Shown: piece by piece, positions 43,728 to 55,546 of the stretch
Layout of the letters: each line of letters begins with the position of its first letter
Position numbering within the stretch: position 1 is the stretch's first letter
Origin: the human T2T-CHM13v2.0 reference genome, Homo sapiens
NCBI RefSeq assembly: GCF_009914755.1
Contig: NC_060928.1
Strand: one strand, 5' to 3'
DNA: 64,000 bases
Position numbers and translations under genes: made by a program
The notes under the pieces: generated by a model
Told to the model about the DNA's origin: nothing
The model's input: only the letters and a program-made list of their open reading frames with translations
The model's database searches: none

Positions 43728-45503
43728 TTAAAATTTTTTATTAATTATTTACTATGTGCTGGGCTCTGTGCTGACTACTGGGGAGACAGCCATGAGCAAA
43801 ACATAGTACCTGTCCACATGTGGCTGAAGTTCTAATGGGGAGAGACAGATAAGCAACTAACCAGAGATAATAATAAAATGTTGGATGGCAATGCGTACTC
43901 TGGAGAAAGTTAAAGCAGGATTTTGGAAAAGATTGCCTGGCTGGGGAGAGGGTTGTCTATTATTTTAGTGAAGGTGGTCAGGGAAGCATTCTCTGAGGAC
44001 ATACCCACTAAGCAGAAACCCTGAAGGGAGGGATCAGGAGGATATCTGTGGGAACAGCATGTCAGGCAGAGGGAACAGCCACACGGGAGTCCTGAGGCAG
44101 GAGTGTGCTTGGCATGTGGGTCTAACTGCAATCCAAGAGTGTGACTGTTGGATTGAGCCAGACATGGTGGTGGAGGTGGCAGGGAACGGGAGATGTGGAG
44201 AAGGGAGGACGGCTCCTGTAGAGACCTGAGGCCCAGGACTTCGGGACTGGGAGGAGGAAGAGGCCAAGGACTTACATCCCCAGATGCGCTGTGCTCTGCC
44301 GCTGCCTACACTGGGCAGGTGCTGGATCCTGACTCAGATCCTGAGTTAAGAGCTATTCAGTGGCCTGGTGGGATAGAAAGAACACCTGCCTGGGGCCACA
44401 AGCCTGGGTGGGGACACAGTCTCCAGACATTGGCCAATCTCAGTCATTGGACCTCTCTGGCCCCTGGCTTTCTCGCCTGTAGGGCAGCACAGGAGTAACC
44501 ACATTCCGGGGCTGTTGTGATGGCAAAAAGGACTTGCTGGGCACCTGGATTTTCAGATCACTGAGCCCTGAGTCTGTGCCCACACCGCTCCAAGAACTTT
44601 AGAAGTGTTCATGTTCATTGAATCCTCACCATAATGGCAAACCAAGGCCCAAAGAACGTCAGTAATTTGTCCAAGGCCACAAAGCTGAAAGGGGTGGAGG
44701 CAGGATTTGAACCCATGGAGCAAGCTCCAGAGACTCCTCTGTGTTCTAAGAGTGGATTCACCCTGCTCTCCCCACACCACCTTTGCCTCCTCTGTGCTCT
44801 TGGCTGCCCCACCCACCATCTGAACCGCTGTGCCTTACCTGGCAACTGCCCTCCAGGCTGGCTCAGGTTACTGAAGGCCCTGAGGGGTCTGTTTAAACAA
44901 GTGTGTCTGAGCAGGAAAGTCAAAGAGACAGGGACCCTCCGGGCGCTGAGGGGACCACCCCAGGGACTACAGCCTGAATCTGATAAGGCCGGATCTATTT
45001 TCACTTAATTGGACTGTGGCCAAGGGTCCAGCATTTGATCAGATAGGGGGTCTCCCCAGGGATGGAATCTTCCATCAGATGGGGTGGTCCTACACCCTGG
45101 CTGGGACAGGAGAAGCTAGAGGGGGTTGGGAGAACCCTAGACTGGGGAGAGGCTGTCAGGAGAATAATTCTCTCTCCTCCACCAGAAAACCCAGGGAGGG
45201 AAACCTGGCCTTCCTGGAAAGACGGGGCCACTGGATGACAGACGCTGCCACATCTTCCTAGGGGATGCTCAGCCCACCTTCCACTCCCACAGCCCAGCTC
45301 TGGACACTGGCGAGGAAGCAAGCGGCTGTGGGAGGTGCCTTGGGCAGGGGCAGGCTGCCTTGTGGGGACAGCCACTGGGCTTGGAGGTCACACAGATCAT
45401 TCTGTGTGACACCAAGCATGTTGCCTGACCTTTCTGGGCCTCAGCTTCCTTTTCAGTGGAGGAAGGGGTAGCTAGACCCATCTTCAAGTGCAAAGGAGAT
45501 TTA

Positions 45504-45829
<326 letters not shown>

Positions 45830-48399
45830 CTACCGAAGAGGGGTGACTTCAGCTTTCTTTTTAAAATGTCATTCAAGAAACCTGGGACCAACACTCCAAT
45901 GGATTGTCCCCAACCCTAACCCCCAGGCTCTGCCCTCAGGCCTTACCCACCACCCGGGTGCAGCTGCCCATATGTTTGGGGTGCTCTGGGTTAGGAGCCC
46001 AGCCTGGTTGATGAAGGGTTGACTGCCTGGTAGTCAGCCATTCGTCCCCCTCTGAGGTCCCCTCTTTATGTCAGGCTTTGTACTGGTCTCAGGGACCCAT
46101 ATGGGCTCACTCTGAGGAGCCACCCCATGGCCACACACAGGGATTGGCACTGGGGCAGCGAGAAGCAGCCTTCCCTGCCTTTCCTCATCAGGAAGTCCAC
46201 AGCAGGGAGTCTCCGAAGTGGGACTCATCCCTGAAAATCCCGAGCGCCAGGAGACGTCTTGTTTTATGCTCCTTTTTGCTCGTATAAACTGTTTAACTCC
46301 AGTTTCTCCTGCGTAACCTAGGGATAAAAATAGAGTTGCTGTGAAGATGAAGTAAATGAAGACATGCTGAGAACTCAGAACAACGCTTGGCAACAGTAAT
46401 TGTTTAATACGTGCTATTATTAACAAGTAATAGTCTTTCCCATCCTGGTATCCAGCTCCTTGATTTTCCAGACTCCTCGGACTCAGATCCTCCTCACCCA
46501 ACTTCAAGGAGGAAGACAGAATGGGGCTTAGCAGGTCCATTACACGGATGCAGCAACTGGGATCTGGGGATGGTCACTAGCTGAGGTCAGAGGTGGAGGC
46601 TGGCACCCCCACCCCCTCCCGCAGAGCCCAGTGGGGTGAGGTGGAGGGTAGGGCTTCTCAGGGAATCACTGTCCTGCCCCTTCTGCGTGCCCAGGGGACC
46701 TGCGAACACTCTAGACCTGGGGGGCCCAGGAAGTTCGAACCTCCCTGACCTTCGCGGTACAGGGAAAACCAAAGTCTGAGACGTTTGCAGCCCCCAGGGC
46801 CAACCCACCTCATGCAGAGGCTAGAAGGCCTACAACCAGAGCCCCCCTCCAGCCCGTGGTATACGGGAAACCACGCAATGGCACCTATGGGTTCCAGTCC
46901 TGGTGGTCCCTATGCACAGCTGCGCTGCCAGGACCTCGCCACTTCAACTCCCGGGGTGTCCACTTTCTCATCTGAAAAGTGGGGTGGTCACCTCTGGACT
47001 GTCATGAGAATTAACTTTGGCGGTGCATGTGAAGCACCCAGCAAGTAAGAGGAGCACGTAGTCAAAGTAGGTTTTCTCCAGGCGCCCCCTGCTCCAAGAA
47101 CTGAACTCGGGCGCCTCCTCCCACACCAGAGAGCAGAAGAGATGCTCTCTGAACCTACCGGGCCAGAGTGCTGCAGGGTGCCCCACACTTTACAGCCTTT
47201 TGCACCCCAGTCCTCACGAATGGGCATGGCCCTCTGCGAGGTCGCGAAGGTGCAGGCCACATGGCACAGGTGGCTTCTGCTTAGAGAGGCTGGGGAATGC
47301 CCCAGGTATCTTGACCTTCCTGGGGACGGGGAAGGATAAGCACCAAGTGGGGGCTGGAAAACCTGCACTTAGTATCAGTTCTGCCAGTTTCTGGCTCAGA
47401 GACCTCCGGGAAAATGACTCCCGTTTGGGCCTCAGTGTCCCTTTCTATGGAGGATGGATGTTGCGCCAAATGTCTAGTTTCTTGCAACCCCGGTGTTTTT
47501 TTTGTTTTGTTTTGTGTTTGTTTTGTTTTGTTCTCCTGGGCCTAAAGGAAGGCCTGCGGAGGAGTGAGCATGAACATCCCGCCCCTCCCCTCCCCTCCCC
47601 AGTCCCTCAGCTTGGTCTCAGCTGTGTCAGTGACCCTGGCTCAGAAAAGTGCAAGGACCAAAAAGGGTCACACAGCACCCACACCCCACCCCGGGGTGGG
47701 GAAGGACTGCCCTATTCTCCATAGCAAACCCAGGTTGGGGTGGGGGCTGTGGTGAGCAAGAGGCGGTGGCTGGGGGAAAGAGGCAAGGGAGGAAGAACCT
47801 TGTCCAGGTGTCACCGAGGTCACAGGGACCCTGGGTCATTGGTTCTCCACCTCCCCAACTTTCCCCACTGAAAGGCAAACTCAATGGACTCTCCCCTTCC
47901 TCTCTTCGTACTCAGCGAGCACTGATTGAGCACTTACTGCATGTGGGAGGCTTCCCAGTCACCGTCTCCTCTGGACCTCTGTTCTCTACCCAGAAAGGCC
48001 CTCCGGTAAGGTGAACACCCCTCCATCTCACTCAAGGGCGAGGAAAGTCAGGCCCAAAGATACAGGGCGTAGGCCTGCTGCTGCCTATCCTGGGCCGGCT
48101 GAGGTCTGGGCGGTAAGCGCAAGAGGGAAGAGGGCAGAGACTCCAGGTGGCCGGGGCTGTGGCTCTTCCAGCCCTGAAGACAGGGAGCCAGCAGCCAAAA
48201 GAGAACGTGCTGGGGTCCAGCCTGGGTGCCCTGAGCTGTGCCAGCTGCCCCTCCAGAAAACAGACGCTGCCTGCTGCCTCCAGCGGTGGGCTGCCTGCGG
48301 GTTCCCGGTGACCCTTTCCCCCTCCTGGAGATGCTCTGCATTGCCCCGCTCGCACACTCCAGTTCCCATCCTCGTGTTCTAGGACGGCAGGGATGAATC

Positions 48400-49360
48400 A
48401 CTATAGGCTGGCTCTCTCTAGCTCAGCCCGGCCTGCTGCGGCCTGGGGCCACTGCTCCTGGGTCCTCAGGACTGCCTGGGGGAAGGTAGTGCATTGTGCA
48501 GCGCGCGGTCCAGAAGTGAAAAGGGAGGCGCGGAGATAAGCTGCCGGCGGAAGTTCCCTCTCCTGCCTGGGCCGACCCGGCGCTTTACTGCTTCTCACGA
48601 AGGTGCGCCGGCTGCTCCAGAAATCGCAGACTGCCTCCAGGAAGAACTTGCTGGAGTCACAGCAGCTTCTCAGCGACTTGACAGCAGTGATTCAGACTTC
48701 AACTTGGGCGGAGGGGCGGGGGAGGAGAAAGAGATTTCCAGAGAAAACGACTGAGCGGTAGGGAGGGGAAGAGAGACCGAGCCACGCGCCTCGAGAAGCA
48801 GTGCAGAGAGCGGAAGAGACAGAGGCTGCGAGACCTACCCACAGAGACCAAGAGAGACGCTCGGAGGGGAGACCGCCTTAGGCGCAGAGATTCAGAGGCA
48901 GACAGACAGGCAGACAGAAGGATACAGGAAAGGAATGTCGCCGAAAGGCAGGGACAAACCTGAGTCCCAGAAAAATAAGAGACAACTCCCACACACCAGG
49001 CTGTCCGCGGGCCGCCTTGTCACAGAAAGGCAGCTCCCCAGCCCCGCAGAGTCCCGACAGCTGCCCCCGCGAAGGTGGGGCGAGGGGCGGCTTTTCCGGG
49101 GGAAACTCTCTCCCTGGACGCCCCTCCTTTCCAGCCTCAGCTCTGGCCTTTCTCGGCATCCCCAGCTTGCCTTCAGTTTCACTCCATATCTGGGTCTCTC
49201 AGAGGCCTCGGGAGGTCTTCCGTTCTCTCTGTCGCCGTGTCCACGGAAGGAGCCTCCCCAACCCTCTGTGGCTCCGCGCCTCTTGGGCCGGAGCATCTCT
49301 GTCTTCCGGAGTCTCTTGATCATTGCTCCTGCCCGTCCTCGCCCATTTCAAAGACGACCA
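48400..49360. promoter_or_regulatory. CpG island (upstream)
   Basis: High GC and dense CpG by eye; non-repetitive. Confidence 0.7.
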
Positions 49361-49637
49361 ACAGAGGCTTAGAAAAATTGGCCCTCCACCCTCGGCTGGT
49401 TACCTGGCTCGTAGCCCTGGGTCTGTTTTCTTCTCAGAGAGACCTGAGATCCTCGACATTTCCTAAATTCATGGAAAACCTCGACAGTGTTCAGGACTCC
49501 CAAAGAAGGTGGTGGGCGGGAGGGGGAGGAGCATAAGAGAAAAGTAGTGAGTACGGGCCCAAAGACCCATTTCGTGGATTGGGGGAGGGACGGGGAGGCT
49601 GTTCCACGAAAATACTGAGAGCATGAGAGCATCCTAT

Positions 49638-49638
<1 letters not shown>

Positions 49639-49670
<32 letters not shown>

Positions 49671-49953
49671 AGATAGGGTCTTGCTTTGTCACCTAGGCTG
49701 GAGCAGTGGAGCGATCGCGGCTCACTGCAGCCTTGACCTCCTGGGCTCAAAAGATCCTCCCGCTTCAGCCTCCCCAGTAGCCGGGACCACTGGCGCGCGC
49801 CACCACGCCTGGCCTTTATTTTATTTTATTTATTATTATTATTTTTTGGTACAGGCGAGGTCCCTCTATTTTGCCCAAGCTGGTATTGAACTCCTGGGCT
49901 CAAGCGATCTTCCCGACTTTCAAAGTACTGGGATTACAGGCGTAAGCCATCGT
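49639..49953 (-). mobile_element. AluJ with long T tract and many retained CpGs
   Basis: T run of about 31, then GAGATAGGGTCTTGC and GCGATCGCGGCTCAC. Confidence 0.88.
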
Positions 49954-50439
49954 CCCTACTCGCTATATTTTAGTGCATTTCCTCTTTTGAAAGCGCCCCG
50001 AGAGAGGCTGCACCCAGGAATGAAGGGAGTGGATTCCAGGCGTTCAGACCCACCTGCGAACAGATCCTGATGCCACTACTAACTAGCTGTGTGACCCTGA
50101 GCAAGACACTTAACCTCTCTGATTCTGTTCTTTCATCTGAGGGGGAGCGGGGGGAAATCTGACAATAATACCTACCTCCCAGAGTACAGAGTAGAGAGGA
50201 TTATAAAGAGATAAAGTTTGTGAAACCTCTGACAAGGGGCCTGACACCCAACTCAATACAAGTCAGTTATCTTCCTCGCATTCCCTCCCACCCCCTGCCG
50301 GAACTGAGATGGGGCCCACGGCGGGCTGCGCAGGGCAGAGCTGGAGGGGAGAAGGGCCAGCCTTCCTCCGCCGGGGTGGGCAGAGCCAGAATGGAAGACG
50401 TTTGGTCGACCCTGGAGCCTCGGGGTCTGCCTGACATCT

Positions 50440-50640
50440 CCGGGCTTAAATAACCGTGCGCCTTTGTTATTCGTCAGCAGCAAAGTGGTTCGTTACGCCT
50501 GATTGGTCTAATTGCTTTGAAATGGGATATATTATCTATAATTATAGAGCTCTAGGAGAGCCGGCCGGCCTCTCCTTTCATCTTCCCAAGTGCACCCTCA
50601 CGTCGCGATCACATTAATTTGGGCCATTTGAAAGCGAGGG
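50440..50640. promoter_or_regulatory. Probable MSX1 distal enhancer
   Basis: CCTTTGTT 50461-50468, CTAATTG 50508-50514 abutting CTTTGAA 50515-50521, further TAAT cores; about 4.8 kb upstream. Confidence 0.6.
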
Positions 50641-52539
50641 GGGAGGCTGGGGCTCTCTTCTCCTGCTGATCCTGGTCCTGCTCACCCCCTTCCAAATTTA
50701 AAGACACAAGGAAGCCCGGGCCTGGGACGGTAGGGAGAGCAGACAGTGGGGGAAGGGGGGGGGTGGGGGCAGAAGCCGGGAGTGGGGCTTGTCAATTTCG
50801 CCTTGGCGCCGGGTGAAATCCACTCCACGCGGACTGTACCACCGCACAAGTTGCACCCACTTTGAGGAGGATTTAGCAAGAAGGAGGAAACATTTTCACA
50901 AAGAGTTTGTATTTTGACTTCGCTGTTAAAAGGAGGTACCAAAACTCCTGAAAAGCGCAAGTTCTGCCTAGGTCTCCGGAAAGCAGAACGCTGTTTTTCT
51001 CCAGGTCTGTGTCGTGGATCTTCAACCAGTAGCTGAAGACTCCCTGGAGTTCTCAGGGCTCGGAGTTTTTCTCTGGAACGCTGTGAAGTCCTCCCGAAGT
51101 TAGTGACTCCCAGTTTGCTGAACCTGACTCCCAGCCCCTCACTTCTAGGCGACAGAGGCCAAAAGAGTGGAGATGGCTGGGTCGGGAGGCCCCCTTCGCA
51201 GATTGGGAGACCCCGTGACAGTGCTTTCTGTCTGCCCGTCAACCCCCACCCCCTCCCCGGGACAAAATACCTCCTCTCTCTCCCCCTCCGTCGCCCTCCT
51301 GGCGATTGGTGAATTCCCACCAAAATAAATCGTTCCGGGTAATCGGTTTTCATAGCACATTCATTCTATTAAAGAGGACTGTTTGGGGCTCGCTAATTGC
51401 CGGGGGATCCCACTGAGCTGCACATTTTTAAAAAATGCACGCGGGATTCCTGGGCCGAGGTCACAAAATGCAGTGGAAAGAGAGGGAGGGAGCATAAACA
51501 AAAACCCGACGGAGGCGACAACAAATGCCGAAGTGAGAAGTCAGCCTCCAGGCTCTTCCAACCGGTGCAGCAATACCCAGATAGGGATAACCGTCTTTAG
51601 GACGGGGTCCTTCTAAAAATTAATCTTTGCACGGGAGTGGTGTATACTTAGCAACACCACCATCCCTGCCTCCATCCCCCCAACCCCCGCAAAATTTTGG
51701 GGGAAAAAAAAAAACCAGCTAAACCCACCACCAGTTTAGTTGCCCAGAAAGTAGACGAAGGATAATCCATCTTCAGGATCCGAAATGCAGAGGCCCTCTA
51801 CTTGGGGGCGGGGAGTGCTTTAGGATGCCTGAAAATGAGGGGAGATGGAGCGAGAGGGGAGGGGAGAGAAGTCTAGAGGATGGAAGCGGAGCGCCAGTCC
51901 CCGAGCTTTATCTGCTGGGGCCAGCCCTGCCCTTGCCAGGCATGAATTACTGCCCGGCTTTCTCGGCTGCAGCGGCAGCGCAGAGAAATGCCGGGGGTAC
52001 AAACGCCTCGAGGTTAGAGCTGGCGGCGAGATAACAGGCTCAGCCCCAGGGCCTGCCTGCTCGCTGAACCCCTGGGCCGGGAAATCGGTAAAGTCCTAGA
52101 CAAAAAATAACTCAGAGAAGTCTCCCTCTCACTGCCCCTGTAACTCGTGGCTTTCCTCCCGCGGGAACAAACAACGCCCTGGGAAACAGGCAGACATTTT
52201 ATTTCTTTTATCTGACTCCTTTCTCTTGAGACTGCCGGCACCTTTCTTTCTCTCGCAATCCAGGGGCAGAGCAATGGGAAAGCCCCGCGCTTTTCTGACA
52301 CGGAATTGAGTCTGAACCCCCTTCTCTGCCGATGCACTCTTCTCGCCTAGCAACGTTTACACGCGGTTAACCTGCCGCGCGGGGCGACAGCAGACACGAA
52401 CCCAGGCCGAACCTATAAAGAAGACACCGTGGCGTTCAGACCCGGCTCGGGAAGCCGAGGGGCTGGCTGCGGGGCCGGTGCTGCGGGGCCAGGCGATTTG
52501 CTCCCCGGAGGCAGGGGCGCGACTTCAAGGGCCCGTGCG

Positions 52540-52665
52540 CCGGGTGCAGCCTTTGATCCGGCCGCCGCTGGCGCCTTAAAACAACATCCTAGTCTGCCTA
52601 TTAGGCGCGCTGAGGAATCGTGACACATTGTTTATCCCCGCAATTAGCGATGCGGCCCTTTTCAG
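52540..52665. promoter_or_regulatory. Probable MSX1 proximal enhancer
   Basis: CCTTTGATC (TCF/LEF) 52550-52558, TGGCGCC 52569-52575, GTCTG 52592-52596, CATTGT 52626-52631, CAATTAG 52641-52647; about 2.7 kb upstream of the promoter. Confidence 0.7.
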
Positions 52666-52691
52666 GCCGCCCGCCCCCGGGCCCCCCGCCA

Positions 52692-52712
52692 CCCCCCCCC
52701 CCCCCCCCCCCC
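52692..52712. repeat. C21 mononucleotide run
   Basis: Direct count. Confidence 0.9.
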
Positions 52713-53186
52713 GCGGCGGAGTCCAGGCCTTGCTGCGCTCCTCAACTGCGACCGCCGCAAGTTCCACACTAGCCCCCGCTGCACCATGCGGCTTCGCTCT
52801 CTGAGTTCAAGCCCCCGCTCAGCCCTAAAGCAGGGGTTCTTAACTGGAGGACTCCACTTGGGACCAGAGCCCCCGAAGTTGTCTGCCCCGTTGCTTGTAA
52901 TGTGTTTTTGTAGGTGTGCATTTTTCTAGGGAAGAAGTTCTTGGCTGTATCAGATTCTTAAAGAGACCTGGGAGCAAAACATTTGCAGAAGGAGGGCGAG
53001 GGCGGAACTAAGCAAAGACTCGAAAAGGCACACTGCTCGCTTTTTAAATGGCCCCAAAAGCAGATAGGCCTCTGTTTCCTCTCCCCCTTTAACCTGGCCA
53101 CAAAGGGAGATTCTGGCTGGGTGCGGAGGGGGTTGTTCTGACGAGAGTTTGATTAGAACGGGAGCAATAGAAGTTCGCCGTCCTGG

Positions 53187-53390
53187 AATCGCTTGAACCT
53201 GGGAGGCGGAGGTTGGAGTGAACTGAGATCGCGCCATTGCACTCCAGCCTGGGCGACAAGAGCAAAACTCCGTCTCAAAGAAGAGGAAGAGGAAGAAGAA
53301 GAAGGAGGAGGAGGAGGAGGAGGAGATGAGGAGGAGAGGAGGAAGAGGAGGATGAGGAGGAGGAGAAAAGAGGAAGAAAAAGAGGAAGAG

Positions 53391-53422
<32 letters not shown>

Positions 53423-53429
53423 TGCTGTT
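53187..53429 (+). mobile_element. 5'-truncated Alu right-arm end with GAA/GGA-expanded tail
   Basis: AATCGCTTGAACCTGGG ... CCGTCTC then a purine repeat. TSD GTTCGCCGTCCTGG (53173-53186) / GTTCGCTGTCCTGG (53430-53443). Confidence 0.88.
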
Positions 53430-53499
53430 GTTCGCTGTCCTGGCTGGGCTACCAGCAAGGTATTTGCCCTACAGCCTTGCTCAGCCTCAGCGAGCTGAT

Positions 53500-54110
53500 C
53501 TTCAAAATTGGGTCTTAAGGTCTTCTATCCTTGTACCCTCTCGGGCAAACCTCCGGAGGCCCCGGTGCACCGCGCGTCCAGCCGGCCCAACTCGAGCTAG
53601 AAGCCCCAACCACTGCCCAGTGCCTGAGTTGCAGTCTTGGGTCCTTTAGAAACCTGGAGATGTGCGTAAAATTCAGATGCCGGTATTCCCGAACTTCCCC
53701 AGGCCTCAGCATATCTCGGCGGCCTGTGGACAGATGGGAGGCTACCAATCGCTCCGGCGTCCGCAGCCCGACCCCTGCCGCCAGACCCCGGACGTCTTCC
53801 GGATAATAAAGTTCCCGCTCTAATTCATTTTCCCTAATCTGGACGCCCCTAATCTACAGCTTTTATTGCGCCCAGTTAAAAGTCGAGGGAATTCGCTGTC
53901 CCTCCGCGCTCGGATAATTACCCCTAAATGGCCACGGCAGCCCCTTGTGTTTCCTGGAGATTAGAACCCCGCAGTCATCAATGGCAGGGCCGAGTGAGCC
54001 GCCAATCACCTCCGCTCACTCCCTGAGAGCCGCTGGCCTGGGCCGCAGGAGGAGAGGCCATAAAGCGACAGGCGCAGAAAATGGCCAAGCCCCGACCCCG
54101 CTTCAGGCAG
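53500..54110. promoter_or_regulatory. CpG-rich upstream regulatory block
   Basis: Dense CpG with clustered TAATC, CCAAT and YY1-like motifs. Confidence 0.65.
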
Positions 54111-55129
54111 ATCTTGCATCTCCCCTGACCCCAACTCATTTTTTCTGTCTTTATTATTATTATTATTATTAACAGCAAACATTAAATCACGTTTTCTCCG
54201 AAATTGGCAAAAGAAGAGTTCTCAAGTCCCACACTAGAGTCCACCTCCAGGAACTTTCCTCTTTTCCCAGCCCCCTCCCCCAAATGTGCCTCTCCCCTCC
54301 AGGATCAGCGGCCCAGAGATAGGGACATGTCATTGTTTCCGAGGACGCGTTGTTTGAGGTCACCTTAAGGCCAGATCGGTGTTTCATTGACGATTCTGTT
54401 GGTTTTATTTCAGTAAGTTCTATATCAAAAGGATCTGGCAGCTCCTTTCCCCGCCCGGGCGCTATAGGTGTTGTGACCCTTGGGACAGAAGTTCAGAGCG
54501 AGGGTGGGGGGGGGGAATACACATCGTGTATGAAAACCGACTGCAGATTCTAGATAATCTTACGTATTCTCACATCCTTGGCACTACAGGAAGCTAGCTT
54601 CTTCCCGCAAGGTTTACTCCAGCTCTAAGTTAGAGACAAAGGCCCACTTTTACCTCGAGGTAAAGTTTACAAGATTTCAGAACAGGAAGAAAATGAAGGT
54701 TTGGTTTTGTTTCGTTTCTTGAAAAGAAGTTAATAGTATGTCTTTCTCCTAGGATAAATAGCCATGCGTATTTTAAAAACTATATATAAAAGGAATGTGT
54801 AAGAAATAACCTCAACTCAAATTATTGTGGTAGAAGAAGAGGGGGGGTCAGACAGTGGAGGGGGGCACAGGGAAACCCAGCCACAGACTAAAGAGAAAGG
54901 TAAAAGAAGCAGTAGAGGAGAGAAACAAGGACGGGGAAAAAAAGAGGAGCGGAAAAGAGGGCTGAGGAGGGGAGGGGAGGAGGGCAGAAGAGAAGGAACG
55001 AGAACAAGGGAAAATCCCCCGGGAACACAGAAAGATAGAGACCCAGGGGACTCCCGCAGAGAGGGCCTCTTGGGCTTCAGCGCAGAGGAAAGTTTCCCGG
55101 GCACCCCCTCTCCTCCCCTGCCCTCCGCC

Positions 55130-55320
55130 GCCTGGGCCCTGCCCTGCGTGCCCCCAGGCCCAGCGCGCCTCCGGGCGAGTCCCCAGGAGCGCGGCCCAAT
55201 GGATCGCTCCGGGCCCGCCCCCTCGCGCGCTGATTGGCCGCCGCCCCGCTGGCCTCGCCTTATTAGCAAGTTCTCTGGGGAGCCGCGGTAGGGCCCGGAG
55301 CCGGCGAGTGCTCCCGGGAA
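55130..55320 (+). promoter_or_regulatory. MSX1: MSX1 TATA-less CpG-island core promoter
   Basis: CCAAT at 55196-55200, GC box CCCGCCCC about 55214-55221, inverted CCAAT (ATTGG) at 55233-55237. A TSS near 55290 is recalled, not derived. Confidence 0.8.
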
Positions 55321-55474
55321 CTCTGCCTGCGCGGCGGCAGCGACCGGAGGCCAGGCCCAGCACGCCGGAGCTGGCCTGCTGGGGAGGGGCGGGAGGCGCG
55401 CGCGGGAGGGTCCGCCCGGCCAGGGCCCCGGGCGCTCGCAGAGGCCGGCCGCGCTCCCAGCCCGCCCGGAGCCC

Positions 55475-55546
55475 ATGCCCGGCGGCTGGCCAGTGCTGCG
55501 GCAGAAGGGGGGGCCCGGCTCTGCATGGCCCCGGCTGCTGACATGA
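55475..55546 (+). CDS. Overlapping upstream ORF, 23 aa ([23 protein letters not shown])
   Basis: ATG at 55475, 50 nt upstream of and out of frame with Met1. Its TGA (55544-55546) overlaps the Met7 ATG (55543-55545). Translation is not shown. Confidence 0.5.
   Translation: MPGGWPVLRQKGGPGSAWPRLLT

Larger units (their letters stand above)
51850..52900. promoter_or_regulatory. CpG island containing the proximal enhancer
   Basis: Dense CpG, GC-rich. Confidence 0.75.

Noticed and set aside
50682-51353. 223-aa minus-strand ORF
   Set aside because: No recognisable homology or domain; lies in GC-rich regulatory DNA.
53153-53498. Poly-Glu and poly-Ser ORFs
   Set aside because: Translations of the Alu stub and its GAA/GGA tail.
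54781-54792. TATATATAAAAG as the MSX1 TATA box
   Set aside because: About 500 bp upstream of the CCAAT/GC-box core and in an AT-rich patch; no supporting evidence for initiation.
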